Of a stretch of DNA of 64,000 nucleotides, positions 1 through 13,251 are shown in pieces. The position numbers were made by a program, and so were the translations under genes. This stretch comes from Blastocladiella emersonii ATCC 22665 (Eukaryota; Fungi; Blastocladiomycota). A model generated the notes under the pieces. That model was not told the origin of the DNA. It saw only the letters and a list, made by a program, of their open reading frames with translations, and made no database searches. Position 1 is the first letter of the stretch; each line of letters starts with the position of its first letter. The stretch lies in the NCBI GenBank assembly GCA_025594325.1, contig JANHCV010000009.1, positions 1,550,001 to 1,614,000 of the forward strand. Reading direction: 5' to 3'.

Positions 1-1005
1 GCTTGCTGAGTTGGGTAGCGGGAGAGCAAGCTGGCGACGGCCGTTTCGCATTTTATCACTGTTGCGCCCCGATCCGATTTTTAAGCACTCCCTGGCTGAC
101 TCTCCTTCTGGAGGTCCAGGAGCAGACAAGGCATCGGTGCAAATTGGCAGCTAGCCCTGCACCGCGACGAAACACAATAGTTCGCGGACCCGTCCCCTGA
201 TGGAGTGCGCGGAGGCGCGACGTGCCCCGCGCGCCGATCTCTCGGCCCACAAAACGATTCTCCTCGGAGTTCCTGACCCTCGATGGATTTACGCCCGTCC
301 TTGGGTAAGCCATGCATGACTTGGTTCAACGACTGATTGACGGTTGGCGAAGGGCGCCAGATGTCAGGTGCCAGGAATACGTGGCGAACACGATCATGCA
401 CTTGGTCAGGCCGCTGCGAAACTGCTCTGTGTTATTGCCAGGTACTGTGGCTGACTTGCTTCTGGAGCAGAAGCGGCAGATGGCGTCGCTCATGTCGACG
501 TGACTGACCGCGAGGGTGGCGCTGGGAGTGCTCGGGTGGCGGCGCGTCGAGCCGCCTTGGGACACTGCCTCTCGGATACGAGCCTCACACGAGTCTAACC
601 ATGTAACAACTTCATGCAACTGCTTCTCGAGTGAACGCTTCACACACGGCTCGCACTAGCGTCGCTGCGGTCCACAAGTCGACCGGCGCCTGCCGCTGCG
701 TCGGCGATGACTTCGCGCGAAGACTGCTCTCGTTCGGTACGGCGTTTGTCCGCCGAAGCAGCTTTCTCGCTACATGCTTACCGTGACATTCAATCTCATA
801 GCCGCGCCACTTCTGCCTGCTCGCGCGGCCGTGGACCCGCAGTCAAGATCGGCGGCCGAATCGCCGCTCATGGAGTTCTCGTCCGCTACTTTCACGCCCA
901 GCCATCGCAGACGAGTCGCGTCTTTGCTTCGGTAAGCACGGGTTCAATTTCACGATCTGCTTTTCCTCGCACCGCTACGCCGACCTCAACGCTGGGATTC
1001 TGCTG

Positions 1006-2250
1006 GTGAGGACGGCCGTCGCGGCAAGGACGCGGCTGCTTTCGCCGCGGGTTCCGGTGGTCGCTTGCCGCCGCGGTAGAATGGTAGAATGGTCGACCAC
1101 TGCCGCGTCTTCGCTGTTGCAGTCTGCCTTCCCCGAGAACGAACGCGGCCGCGATTGCGGACTGTTCGTGGACATTGCCCGACCTCATTTCGCAGTCGCC
1201 GACACCTCTTTTCGCTCACTCGCGCGTCGCACGGTTGATCAGGTTCCAGAGTCGGGTATGCGCATTTTCGCACTTCCTTTCGCGACAAGTCCACATCTCG
1301 ACTTGCTGTCGCGCACTGCCAGGCTCATCGAGCACTGGCTGTGGCTTGGCAAGCTGGCCGACGGGTCTGTCTTCGAGGACCTCGCCGACATGACGTTCGC
1401 CGAGGTCGTCAACCGCATCCTCAAGACCACTTCCCTACCCGAGCTCGCGCGCTGGATCCCGGAGACCGCCAAGTTCTTCTTCTCGACGCCGGGCCCCACG
1501 CGCGTCTGCGAGCTCTCGCCCAATGCCACCAAGTTCCCCGCAACGTCGACGTGGCTCGCTGAGCTCGTCACTGGCACCAGCGACCCAGACTGGCTCCGCG
1601 CGCTTGCCCTCTCCCGGCACTTTGTTCAGGGCAAAATGCTCGACGGCAACTGTGTCCCGCGACTTCTCGCTCCGCGCGCCGGCATGCCCGTCACGATCAC
1701 GCTGACCGAGCTTGCCCTCACGCTGTACGACGCGCACACGCCCGGGGCTCATCATCCGCCGTGACGGTAACGGCGACGAGATCGCTGTGATGCTCATTTA
1801 ATCGCAGGACGGCCACGCCGCGAGCCTCGACTTCGGGTCCTAGCCCTCGCCCAAGTCGCCGCACGAGCTTGACGACCGTAACTTCCGCGTCAAGGCTTTT
1901 TACGCGGCACTGTGAGCCACCGAGGTGGTCGCCGGCAAGATGCACATGTCGATACGCTTCATTGAGCGCGGCCCTATCGCCCTATTCTGCAAGGTGGTCT
2001 CGAACGACGCCAAACTGCTGTTCGACCGCGGCTGGGACCGCCTTGCGGCAGCACTACCACTCGGACCTCACCAACAACAAACTGCTCATCGACTCGTTCG
2101 AGCTGCTCGTTTCGCGCTTCTCCGCGGCGAAACGATCAAGGCGTAGGCCAAGGTGGCCGGCTTGCTGACGGGCATGATGATCACGTTGCAGGGCACGTTT
2201 GGCTTACTTGGCATCGAATATGAGGAACCAAGGCGAGAGTCCATAGCCGA
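1006..2250 (+). pseudogene. Decayed coding-like remnant, unknown family
   Basis: The 252-codon ORF 1006-1764 is followed, after a frame change near 1745, by a coding-like frame (LIIRRDGNGDEIAVMLI*SQDGHAASLDFGS*PSPKSPHELDDRNFRVKAFYAAL*ATEVVAGKMH) with in-frame TAA, TAG and TGA. No family recognised. Confidence 0.35.
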
Positions 2251-2388
2251 ATACATTTATTATGCGCGACGGGTTGGACAAGGTATTATGGTGTGCAATG
2301 ATTTGGTGCGGGTGGGTGGGTAGGTATCGCAAAAGGAGGGACGCGGGATGAGGAAGGACACGGCGCGGCTCTGGGCCGAGCGACTCGG

Positions 2389-2940
2389 TTACATGAAGAG
2401 CGCAGCCACGCGCGCGAGCATATCGCGGTTCCTGGCGTCCATGCCCTCGACCTCGCTCAGACGCTCGGCGGTGCGCGCGAGCTCGACAGCCAGCTCCTGC
2501 GCGTCGTCACCAATCGTGAGGAGCATGCCCTCGGCCGTCTGTCGGAACTGCAGGCTGACCGAGTGCTCGGCGCGCTTGATGCCCATGGCGGTCAGCTGGT
2601 CGCCCTTGAGCAGCCGAGCGAGAACCGCGGCGTGGAGCTGGTTGACTACGGCAACCATCGCAGAAGCCTTCTCGGTCGCGGCGCGGATCTTCTTGTAGGA
2701 CGGCTGCAGCTGCTCGATGGCGACCAGCGCGGTGCGGATGGCGCGGGCGCGGTCATGGTTGCTGGAAATGTCCGGGCGCATGAGAAAACGTACAGCAGAT
2801 CAGGAACCGGAAGGCAATCGTGGTCCAGACGGCACGGTTCACGGACGACGGCGACGGGGCCGGAGTTGGCGCGGGTGCCGTCGGCGTGGTGCGGTTGGGG
2901 CGGTTACGGCGCCTCGCGTGGGTGGAGGCCTCCATCTTGA
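2389..2940 (-). pseudogene. Probable decayed gene for a small helical/coiled-coil protein
   Basis: ORF 2389-2781 has coding-like codon usage and helical character (RARAIRTALVAIEQLQPSYKKIRAATEKASAM). A possible short GTACGT...CAG intron near 2758-2790 would join an upstream frame that carries an in-frame TAA. Confidence 0.3.
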
Positions 2941-4749
2941 GGTCGGCGAGGTCCTGGGTGTGGGGGGAGCAAGGTGTCAGCATCGGGTACAAGGGGAGGC
3001 GGGGGGCAACGTTGCAAGAAGCTAGCGCCAGCATGCTCGCCAAGCGGCCCTTCCATGTGGCATGCTCGATCGGCAGGTGCGGCCCATCCTCAGCGAGCGC
3101 GCAGCGACCTGCACAGTCCGCGGGCCACACGAGAAGGGATGCGAGTCGAGCAGAAAAGGGTGAGGGCGCGTACCGATAGAGAGAAAGGACAAGGTACGGG
3201 AAGCGACCTGCGGAGCGAGGCGATGATCGGTCGGCCGTGGGAACAGCACTCTACACACGCGCACACGGCAGCTATTAGCCATACAGCCTGTCGTTCATGA
3301 CAGCGCAGAGGCGCACCGGGGCTACTTGGTCAGGGGAAGACCGGGGTGTCGAGGGACGAGCGAGCGCGCACGCGAGGTGCAAGTGTGGCAGGGCGCTCGA
3401 GGGGTCGTGCGGCGAATGGATGGTGCAGCGAGAGCAGTGTGTGCCTCTCGGTGGTCGATGCGTTGCGTTGAGTTACGTTGAGATTGGGCCTTGGGGAGAG
3501 AAAGGGCGAAAGAGGGCGCGGGCCCGGGATCACTTGAGAGTGGCGCGGGCTTAGTCTCGGTGCCAGACCGTGCGGAGCCTCTTTCCCGAAGCGGTCGCCA
3601 ATGGTCATGTGCCCAGGGGTCACGGGACCGCGCCCTGCACGTCGCGTCTCGCGTACCAGCAACGTCGACCTGCCGTGCGAGCGCGATCACGCGCCGGCGA
3701 TTGGCCTGACATCGCCACGTCTGTCACGTTGCCCTGGAGTCTGGCACCGAGACTAGCGCGGGCTCGCGCGCGATCCGGCAGCGTCGCTTTTCGCTGAGCT
3801 CGCACGTGCCGACGGACGGTGATTCGTTCTCTCTCGCCTTAGCATCTTACTCGAGGCAGCTCAGGATGGGTATCGCATCTAAGGGTTTGATGGATCGGCA
3901 GCGATGCCCCGGCGCCCGTCACACGAGGGCCCTGCCCGGTCACCGTGGCGATACCGCGAAGGAGTTCGGCGCACGGGCGTAACAAATTTTGTATACAGCT
4001 CTTGAGCGGGTACTCTGGACGTTGACCACCAGGTCGCGTCGCGATCGGCGCGGTCACGCCGGGAACGCGTAGCGAAAAGTGTCTCGCGCCCTCCACGTGT
4101 GGCTGAAACGCGTCTCGCGTCGCGTCGCGTGGCGCTGCGGCGCGTCGCGTCGCGCCCCTGCTGCCTGAACGCTTTCGCGGTTCTGAGACTTTGAGCGAGG
4201 TAAGGGTCGCTTGGTAACTGCAACGGCAGCCACCCGGGATCCAGATGTGGCCGTGGCGACGTTCTCGAATCCTGTCCGCGACAGCTGCTTTGAAGGAGCA
4301 GCCAGTTTGTCAACGTGCAGGGCGGTTCAGGATGCGTTGCAAAGAAAGAAACTTCTAAAGTGTCTCAAAACTTACTGACTTGACTCTGCCGGAGCGCTCT
4401 CGAATCGCTTGAAGGGCAGCGAAAGGTGCCAAACCCAGATCCGATCCCTCCTAGTCGCTCTTTGGTTGCGACGTACCGATCTTTCGGTCGAGATGGACAA
4501 GGCTGATCTTGCTCCCAAACGGCCACAATCGCGGCGCAGGTGGTGCGAGCGGCCGCGCCGAGAGGTGAGGGTGTGGGAAACGCGCGGCCGCGGGAGACTT
4601 TTGCCCCCCGTCACCGCCAACACTGCATTGATGATGAGCATGGATCGTGTCAAATCTTTCAGTTACCACTCACCTTCAAATGTTGCCGGCTATTCGCTAC
4701 CCGTTCAGTTGAATCACAGGGCCCCCTGTAAAGTGTCGAGAGTTCGCTG

Positions 4750-5260
4750 ACGCGGCGCACTTCATTTACTGGCACCGCGCGCGTCGACACGCTGTTTGGC
4801 ATCATGAACCCCGCGGACATGTCCCCGCCGACGTCGATGCAACGTGCAGGAGCTTGACGGCTATGCACACGGTACTGTTCAAGTGTCGGCGACGTGCGCT
4901 GACCAGTTGCGGCAGTGCGGAGGAGGCCAAAAGGCGGCACGCGACGTTCGACAACGACCAGTTCCTCTCCATGGACCTCGTCCATGCCGAGCTGTTTGCC
5001 GAGGTCGCGCTCACAATCTACCAGAACGCGCACGGCGCGCAAATTGTGTGCCGAGCAAGTGGCCTGAGCTCAGCTTGTGCGTTGAGCAACTCGCGGATTA
5101 GATGGTCCAATAGTCCCTCGGCATGGAGTTCTACGCGATGTGCGAGGAGTTTGAGGACGTGATGCACATCTACTAGCGCAAAGTCAAAACATGCCGCGCA
5201 ACCCTGACCAGGTTGAGAACGAGGACGACCTCAACGACATGACTGACCCGCAGGTCAATC
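4750..5260 (+). pseudogene. Decayed coding remnant with clustered in-frame TAG stops
   Basis: The frame VPSKWPELSLCVEQLAD*MVQ*SLGMEFYAMCEEFEDVMHIY*RKVK has TAG at 5099, 5111 and 5174. Adjacent frames are also coding-like (FDNDQFLSMDLVHAELFAEVALTIYQN). Family not recognised. Confidence 0.4.
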
Positions 5261-5368
5261 GCTTCAGGGAGATGTTGAGGCCAAACGCACGATCGCGCGA
5301 AAGCATGTAAACAAACAACGATGGCAACTATATGTACGAGCTGGATTTCAGAAGGTCAGATTCGCGAC

Positions 5369-8300
5369 TCACGACTCGTGCTCAACCAGAGAAGAGCCGA
5401 GCGACTCAACTTCCTGCTCCTCCTCGATTGCGTTGTGGTGCTTGGGCGCGAAGGCGGGCGCGTCCGGGTCAAACAACCACACAAACTCGCGGTTCCACTT
5501 GCCGCTCGCCCAATAATCGAGCCACTGGAGATACGTGGTCGGCGCGTGGCGCCCGCGCGCAACCATGCGGTACTCGTGGCGGAGATCCGGTTGGGTGCCA
5601 GGCGTAAGCGCGAGCGTGACCAACATTGCCACGGCGGCCACGTCAACCACGACACGGGCAAGCATCGGTGCCGCTGACTGTGCCGCGAGAGCCTGCATGT
5701 CCACAAGTAAGCTTTCGACCTGCATCAAGTCGGACAGCGAGGCCATGTGAAGGTTTCCGGTTTTCCCAAGCGACACGAATTCGACCACGATGACGGAGCC
5801 AAACGGAACGCTCTGAGAACGCCACGACAGTCGTTCGCGTAGACGACGAGGCGGCACGTTTCCAGGCCGCTCCTCGAAGAAGCCAGTTGGTTGGTCGAAG
5901 AGACAGCTGACAAGTGTGCCGGGGAACATCCACTCGTTTGTAAGCTGCGAAACCAGAGCCGTGGGTAACACCCAGCACGGGAAGACGAAGCGAAGCCCAA
6001 CTGCCCTGATGTAAAAGTTGATGAAGATCAAAAGCCGATCCACGGTGAGGCGCTTAATGAGCGCTTGCGAATCGGCCAGGGTGTCAGCGTCAAGCAACGC
6101 GACCGCGTTTGTGGTTCTGAGATTGGTCATTGGGATGCACAAGACACGGAGCACCATGTTTGCAGGGTTGCAAGGCCCAGCCGACGCTGTAGACGCTGCG
6201 GGATCGGACACAGAAGCGGCAATCTTACTCTTTCCCTTTTTCTTGGTCGCCGCGGTAGTAGCACTCTTACTGCCAAGGCTGCTGTTAAGGTTAGCAGCGG
6301 CAAGCTGCGCAAGAGTCGCATTTGGGTCAAGCAAGAGCCCATCCGCTGACGGGCGAGCGTCGACGCCTACAACGTTGCTGGGCAGCCGCAAGTACAGCGG
6401 GTTCCTCGACGTGGAAGGATGCCCAATAACTGTCGCCTCGATGGCGGCCTTGGCCGAGCTCCAAGTCGTGTCACCAGGGAATATCACACTGACGTGTGAC
6501 GGAAACCGTTCCGAGTCGAAATCCCAGATACCAGGCCCCGAATAGAGCGAGTCGATCGAGACCGTCGTCACAATGTCAAGGCGAACGGTTGGAACGTTGG
6601 GAAGGACGCTGGGCATGGTCATCTCGAAATGGTCCCACTTCAGCGCATTGCAGGTGGTTCCGCATGGGGCAGGAATCAGATGAAGCGAAGGGAGGCCGTG
6701 TTCGTCGAGATCACGCGTGAGATCGTGATGAGGTCCAGCCGTTGGCGGCGAAAGCGCGGACGAACCAGTCTCGGTGAGGGTAGGTTGCGGAAGGTAAGGT
6801 TTACCCCAGCCACCATCAACGGTCCCGGTAAACCCTGCCTTTTGGGCTGGATAAGAAGCTCAACTGCAGTGTCGGAGTCGTGACGGTACGGATAAACAGT
6901 GACATACGCCATGGACTTGTCCGCGGCCTCTTTTGCCGATACATAACAACTGGACGCGAAGTAAGCGATGTTCAGAATGTCCGCCTGGGACAGCTGGACG
7001 CTAGACGACCTGGGGTACGATCTCCGAAGAGCGTCCGCAATGAAACTGATTCCGTTGGTCCGTTTGGAGTCAAAGTCGATGCAAACAACTACCGTGCGGT
7101 TAAACGTTTTGTTACAGGGCGAGGAGCTGGCCCCATTGCAAGCCAACTCATTCGAAGCAGAGTTTGTGCGCGTGGAGTCATCCGTTGGCGAAACAACGTC
7201 GCTGGCATCAGTCGAGTGATTTGCTGAAGCATCAGAATCAACGAAAGTGCCCGAAGTACGTTAAAGTTCTGGTTCGCAGACATCCGCAGTCGCGGCGTCC
7301 AAAGTACACTCAACTGATGGCAGCGAACTGAAACCGTCGCGCTGACAATCGGAGATATCTGTCGAGCAATTTGGTCAGAATCCCGCGCGTGGATTCGCTG
7401 CCATGATAGGATCGCGTACCGGATGCATCAGACCCGCTCAAGGAATCGCCAGCCACATCGAGTGGAAAAGGAGCGGAATGCTCCGAACCCAAGCCGGAGC
7501 CTTCGTGACGCGAGTGTGACGAGTCGAGGTCCGCCAACGAAGCGGTTTGGCTGCTGGAATCCGGGGAGACCGATCGCGAATGAGACGTCTGAGAGGGATG
7601 CAAACCTGCGGCCGCACCATTGTCATCCACGGCTGTAAGGATCGGCGCGGTGTCAGCCGGTGCGGAGGGCATGGAACTTGCGGATGATGCGATTGAAAGC
7701 GATGAGGCAGAAGAAACGCGGTCGGCATCCAAATCGAGAACCAAGGAAGGCGGAATCAGACCCGAAGGCGCTGGAGCTTCCTCGTCGGCAACATCGATGG
7801 TCTGGGTTAAATCAGAATCAGGTTCCAAAACCGTTGCTGACGAAGAGGCGCCCAAGGTCGAAGCAGCTGGGTGTTGAGGTGCGCCTAGCGGTGAGAATGG
7901 GTGCGAGCCGCGCGCCACGGCAGCTGACTGACCAAGCGGCGAGGCGAAAACTTGGGCTCCCAAATCGGTCACCGGCGACTGTTGCACGGGCCACATCGAG
8001 TACCACTTCGCGTCAAACAAGCTCGTATTCACCGCTGCCGCGGCGCTCGATGGACCGTGCGCCGTGTTGCGGGGCAGCTCGAGAACTGCAGGTCGCACGC
8101 CGAGAAGCCAAAAATCGCCGGACGCGCCCGCCGCGTCGAATCGCTCCTGCGCGCGCAGCCGGAGAGTTCGTGCAAGGTCGAAACTTGCATAGTTGAGTGC
8201 AGCGAGATGCCAAAGCCGACGTGGCACGTTGAGCGCAGCAAGGTCTGTTTCCAGGACGCGAAGCCATGATGCGGGATCCAGATCGCCGAGCGCGGTGAGA

Positions 8301-8549
8301 GTTGGGACTATCAGTCGCTGCTGCGCAAAGACAAGCAGATCGAGTTCCGAGGGACAGGCAGAAGCGGAAGCGGAAGCAGAAGTGGAAGCTCTAGGAGCAG
8401 CCGCGGGCTGAGCGTAGGCTTGGGGGTAAGCGTGCTGAGGTTGAGGCGGGGGGGGCCGTTCCAAAGGAACCAGTCCACCTTGCAGCCATCGCTGGCGGGT
8501 AGCCTAGGCTATGCTGCGCATATTGCGCCGAGTCCCAATACGGTTCCAT
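5369..8549 (-). pseudogene. Disrupted paralogue of the Gag-like/USP7-UBL-like chimeric gene at 59474-62904
   Basis: ATG 8549 (MEPYWDSAQY, versus METFWDSAQY in the right copy). Lesions: an extra base in the G8 run at 8448-8455, an in-frame TAA at 7261-7263, and a frameshift near 6780-6845. A phase-1 intron 7419-7359 (GTACGC...CAG) matches the right copy's intron. Shared blocks include DLLVFAQQRLIVPTLTALGD, DLDEHGLPS, GPGIWD.DS and WASGKW.REFVWL.DPDAP. Confidence 0.8.
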
Positions 8550-9210
8550 TTGTTTGCATGCAACGGCGAGGTCGTTCGAGAGCGTTGCTGCAGTCCGTTT
8601 TCGCGGGGAAGTTAGCCGCCGTGTGGCGCCACAGTGCGGCGTCATCGCGTGGCGTCTCGTGCGTGTGATCGCCGCGCCCGTCGCTCTGGACGCTCATTTC
8701 GCTCCCACCTTGAGCCAACCCCCCGTAATTGCAACGTAACTTGACGCAACGTGTCGAGCACAAGCTCATTCCCCTCTTGCGTTATTTTGGCCCTCTTCGG
8801 ACGATTTCATTTGTCGACAGCAGTCGCGCTCCGCCACGACCGACCACGCGTGCACGACCCGGCCCTTGGACCATATCGGATTCACACTCGCTGTCTGGCT
8901 ATCGTCTTGATTTTCTCGAGCGAACGAACACGCGTAGGTAACGACGACATACACGTCTTCAGCGTGGAAACCGATTCCGGTATATGTGCTCGCGTTGCCT
9001 CTCTCTCCCCTCTCTGCCCGTCGGCGATTCGCCCCAGCAAACCCTTGTGCCGTTTATTCGCTCATCGAGCATCAAGTCTCCTCGCGATTACGGCTCCCTA
9101 CCATACCTGTCCATTCTTCGCAAGCACCTCAAGGACGATCGGTGATTCGCTCGTTGCGCGAAAACTTCTTTCGGACTTCGCTTGCATTTTCTTTTGTTGT
9201 CAACTGCAGC

Positions 9211-10613
9211 ATGACAACCGCGTTTTACTTCTCCAATCGCGTCGAGCTGACGGGTCCGCCGCCCTACGCGCCAGCGGCCGAAGACTTTGGTATCGTCAGG
9301 GCCTTGGCGCAGCACCAGGAGCGCGAGCCGCCATCGGTGGCGGCCGCTCCTCGTGATCGTACAGTGCCGCTTCTCGCTCGACGCAAGCATCGAATCACAT
9401 GGATTCATTTATGCTTCGTCGTTAGCATCTTCTTCCGTGCGTACTCGCGCTTATTTGCAGTTTCTCGACTGACAGCTCACCCACGTTTGATTCTGTAGTG
9501 GGTCTGCTGGCCGGCGCCCACATTCGCTCCTTGGCTCTCACGTATAGCCTCGACATCGAGACGTGTACCGTGTCGAGCTATTGCTTCGGCTGGAACTTTG
9601 CCCAGGAGACGCTTCCTAATTGTCCAGATCAAGCTTCTCTCGAGTCTATGGTCTCTACTGCCAAGGTCGCCCGCTCGTTTGCCCTCACAACCAACGTGAG
9701 CCTTCCGTTGCTTGACTTCTCCGAGGAATCAATGAAACTTGTGTACTTCTCTGCCAAGCTTCGCGCCATCCACGTCGATTTGACGTTTGCCGAGGATTCT
9801 CGCATTGCGCGCGAATGCTTCGTCACGAAAAGCGAGAGCTGGCCCAGCCGGATTAGTTGGCCGTTGTGTACGCTGGATGCCGCGCCTAATGCCGACATGG
9901 ACCTGCTTGCGACCAGACTGGTTGGGCTTTCCGATCTCACTTTGTCCTTGGCGACCGTGCTGTACAAAGCCAGCTCCCCGATGAGCAGCTATATCATTCA
10001 CATTGGGTCGACGCGCGTCGAGCTCGTGGGAACCTTCATTCGTACTTCGGATGAATTCGAATGGTTTGACTTCCCTCACAGCTATTATTCGGCGCTCGGA
10101 GGGTCAATTGAGCGCGCAACGCAGTCACTGGAGCTCAAAGTGAAGTCCTTTCACGACGACATCGAGCGCGCGATCGGGTCGACGCGCCGCAGTGCTGCTA
10201 ATGTCCGCCTCGCTTCTTTCGAGATCGACGAGATGGCCGCCAAGGTCGCCAATTTACGCAACGCAGTCCTCATGCAGGTCCGGCAAGGCGGCCTTGCCGC
10301 CCCGACTGACGCAAGCTTACAGCAGTTGCGAATTCAGCAATTTCAGCGGGTTGAGGTGGCCATGTCCGAGCTTGGCAGCATGCTGGAATCGCTGGTCAGC
10401 GACAAATTTCACATTCGGAGCCTCGTGAACCATCTCGACCAGCTTCAGCTGCGGTTCCACGCTACGCCCCGCGCTCGTCCTGAGCATTCGACCGCCAAAA
10501 CGTCGAGCGATCCCGTTGGCGCGGGCGGCACTCACGGCACTGCGGCCGTCACGCTCGCCGAGCTCAAGGATCTGATCAATGTGACCCTCACTTGCCTGCC
10601 TCGCCTTTGGTAA
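9211..10613 (+). CDS. Lineage-specific single-pass membrane protein (N-terminal PPPY, TM helix, C-terminal coiled coil); 2 exons
   Basis: ATG 9211; intron 9437-9498 (GTGCGT...CTGAC...TAG) joins in frame to ORF 9498-10613. The hydrophobic stretch ITWIHLCFVVSIFFLGLLAGAHI spans the junction. Heptad-rich C-terminal half. Confidence 0.65.
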
Positions 10614-13251
10614 CTCGATTGGTACTGACAATGATCAGCGCAACGCTGGCGCGTCACGCTCCTCTTGTCGTTTCCTCACATCACCTTGCATAACCCATCT
10701 CTCTTTGACACAACCGTCATAAAACCGAATTTTTTACGCGAACCGATTAATTGCTGGTCTCTTAGTTAACTGAATCGGGACGAGCGCGATCTATCACGTC
10801 CTGCTTCAAAGCGAACACCGCGCAATGCACAAGCGTAGACCACCAACGTTAAACTTCAAGCGACGAACCCCTTCTTGGCTTGAATAGTCATAGGTCTCGT
10901 TCGTTGTCCATTGTTCGGCGCGTGTCAGCACAGGTTTTGGGAACGAGAGAGCAGGAAGAGCGGCTCAGCTGCCAGGTTACACGGCGGAACTTTGTGTGAA
11001 TCGAGATCGATGCCACCCAAGCCGGTCAGCGGGCGGGCCCGAGCTGGGAACAACGCTCGCCAATGGCCGAGGAAGATCGAGAGCGCGCCTTTGCAAAAGC
11101 GTTCGAGAGTCAAACGGATCCGAGTTTCCAGGGGCACGCGACGGAGTGCTGTTGAGAGAGAAGTGTCGGGAAGAATGAATGAACCACTGGCCATTGTGAA
11201 GCCCGTGTAGCGAGAATGGACCGGTATGGGGACAGCTGAACTCGAGCTATGAGCCGACGGAGACTGGCGACTGTGTTGGGCGAGCTGACACTCATTCCGC
11301 TCGTCAGTCGCGATCACAAACAGCCTTCATTCAGCCGGTTGGTGGTTGGGAGGTAGACTGCAACACTGACGATGAATAAATGTGTCGGGACCAGCAGGTG
11401 CCCCGGGCTGCAACAAAGCTGTGCTTGACTGTCCGGTAGCGAGCAATCAGGAGATCGCGGCGCATAAAAATCAATGCCTTCGTCGGTGATCAAGGATCAC
11501 ACTGCATAAGGTGTTTGCATCGAGTTACATGTCATTACCGCACTTCCATGGATCGCGGAGGAGAGAGAGCAGCAGATCCGGCGGCTGGGCGATCAGGATC
11601 TGGATCAGGATCAGGACCCGAAACAGACCTACGCTGTCCCTCGTGGCCCACGTGCGCATGAGAAACGCGATTCAGTTCAGCTGCGCCCTCAGTCGACGGA
11701 ACGCGCGCAAGAGTATCAGTTTATGATGCAACTGGATAAATAGACGGCCTTGCTTACGAGCCCTCGAGCTCCGCCGGCTGGAGGTTGGCCTTACGGAGCG
11801 TAGGCGGATCATGCGACATGAGGTCCGTCGCCGCCGTCTCCGAGAGCCCACGCACGACGAGATGCTCGAACCCGAGCGGGACTCCCGCCCGCATCGCGTC
11901 GGCCACACAGTCGTCGAGATCCGGCTGCCCGCTCAGGACAAGGGACGTGTGGCGCCGCGGGAGCAAGGACATGTCTCTGGCGAGGTAGTTGAGAATTTAC
12001 GAGTCTGGCGCGGCGACAGAAGCGAATTGATCGTCTTCGCGCGTGCGGACGTGGTCATCAAGGAGGCCCCGAGATCGAGCCGCTCGACCTGTCGGGGTTG
12101 CGCGACGAGTAAACCGCCACCATTGACAGCGTTGGTGGTGCTAGCAAGTCGGGTGCCGTCCCACCCGTCGTCGACCGGCGACTGCCCCTACCTCGCCCTC
12201 GCCCACTTCGCCGCCAGAGGTCGAGGACCTGGTCTTCTTCATCTTCAAACCACCCAAGGCACCCGCACAACTCGCTGCCGGCGACGCTCACGGCGAGCCC
12301 CGCGCCGGCCGCGCTCAAGGCCAAGGTCGAGCGCGTGCTCGCCGAGTTTGACACGGTGCGAAACTCGGACCTGCATGACGTAGCTTCGTGCAGCGATTTC
12401 GGTGGCGGGCACGAGTCCACGGCGGAGATCGAGGGCACGCTTCACTGGTGCTGACCTCGCTTGGAGCGTGGAACATTGACACACGCGCGAGAGTAGCTTT
12501 CGCGACTCGGAACGGCACAGCGCTCGCCGTCCCGACGCAGTACCGCGCAGCGCGACGGGCCACGGCGGCCTGGCCATGGACGAGCCGGCGCTCGCGTAGC
12601 TGGCGGACCTGGAGTTGTCGGAGACGGCCGCGATCCTCCAAGTTATGCAGCTGCGCGTGGCCAGCAACCCCGCCCGCCACGTCTGCGGCTTTGGCCGCCG
12701 CCGCGCAGCAGGCCTTCTTCGCCAACGACAAGGTCTACGTGCCCGCGACGTTGCTCGCCGACACGCTTGGCGCTTCGTCCAACCTGTTCTGTGCTCACCG
12801 ACCTGACCTGTACGACGCGGCCGGCCCGCACGCACGGGCTCGGCGACGATCCGAACTCGGTCAGTGTACGCGCGATCCGTCGCGGCGCGCGCGCAGGCCG
12901 TGGTCGTCGACTGGGCCGCGGCGGACGAGGCGACCAGGCACGCGGTGTTTGCCGATACGCGCGCCATGCCGCAATCCGCGCCAGTACCCGCTCACCACAG
13001 ACCACGAGTCGCACAACAAGGGCAGGAGCCCCGCCGTTGTCACGGACCCCGCGGTCGCCGCGCGTGTCGAGTGCTTCCGTGCCCGAGCTTCGCTCGAAAG
13101 CTAGGCACTCGGGGACAGGGAGGCCCGCGTGCAAGGCGGACGACGGGCGGGCGAGCTGTGAGGAACAAATGCGCTGCGTCTGCTATTATCATACACTATA
13201 CACACACACTGAGGCCAAAACAAAACGGCGACAAGTCATCATCTACAACTC

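Noticed and set aside
8440-8460. Programmed +1 frameshift at the C8 run of the Gag-like gene
   Set aside because: The right-hand paralogue is in frame at this position and the left copy has other lesions. A homopolymer indel or assembly error is more likely.
10925-13104. Genes in 10.9-13.1 kb
   Set aside because: Short coding-like patches occur on both strands, but they are broken by stops and frame changes and have no recognisable motif; no model could be supported.
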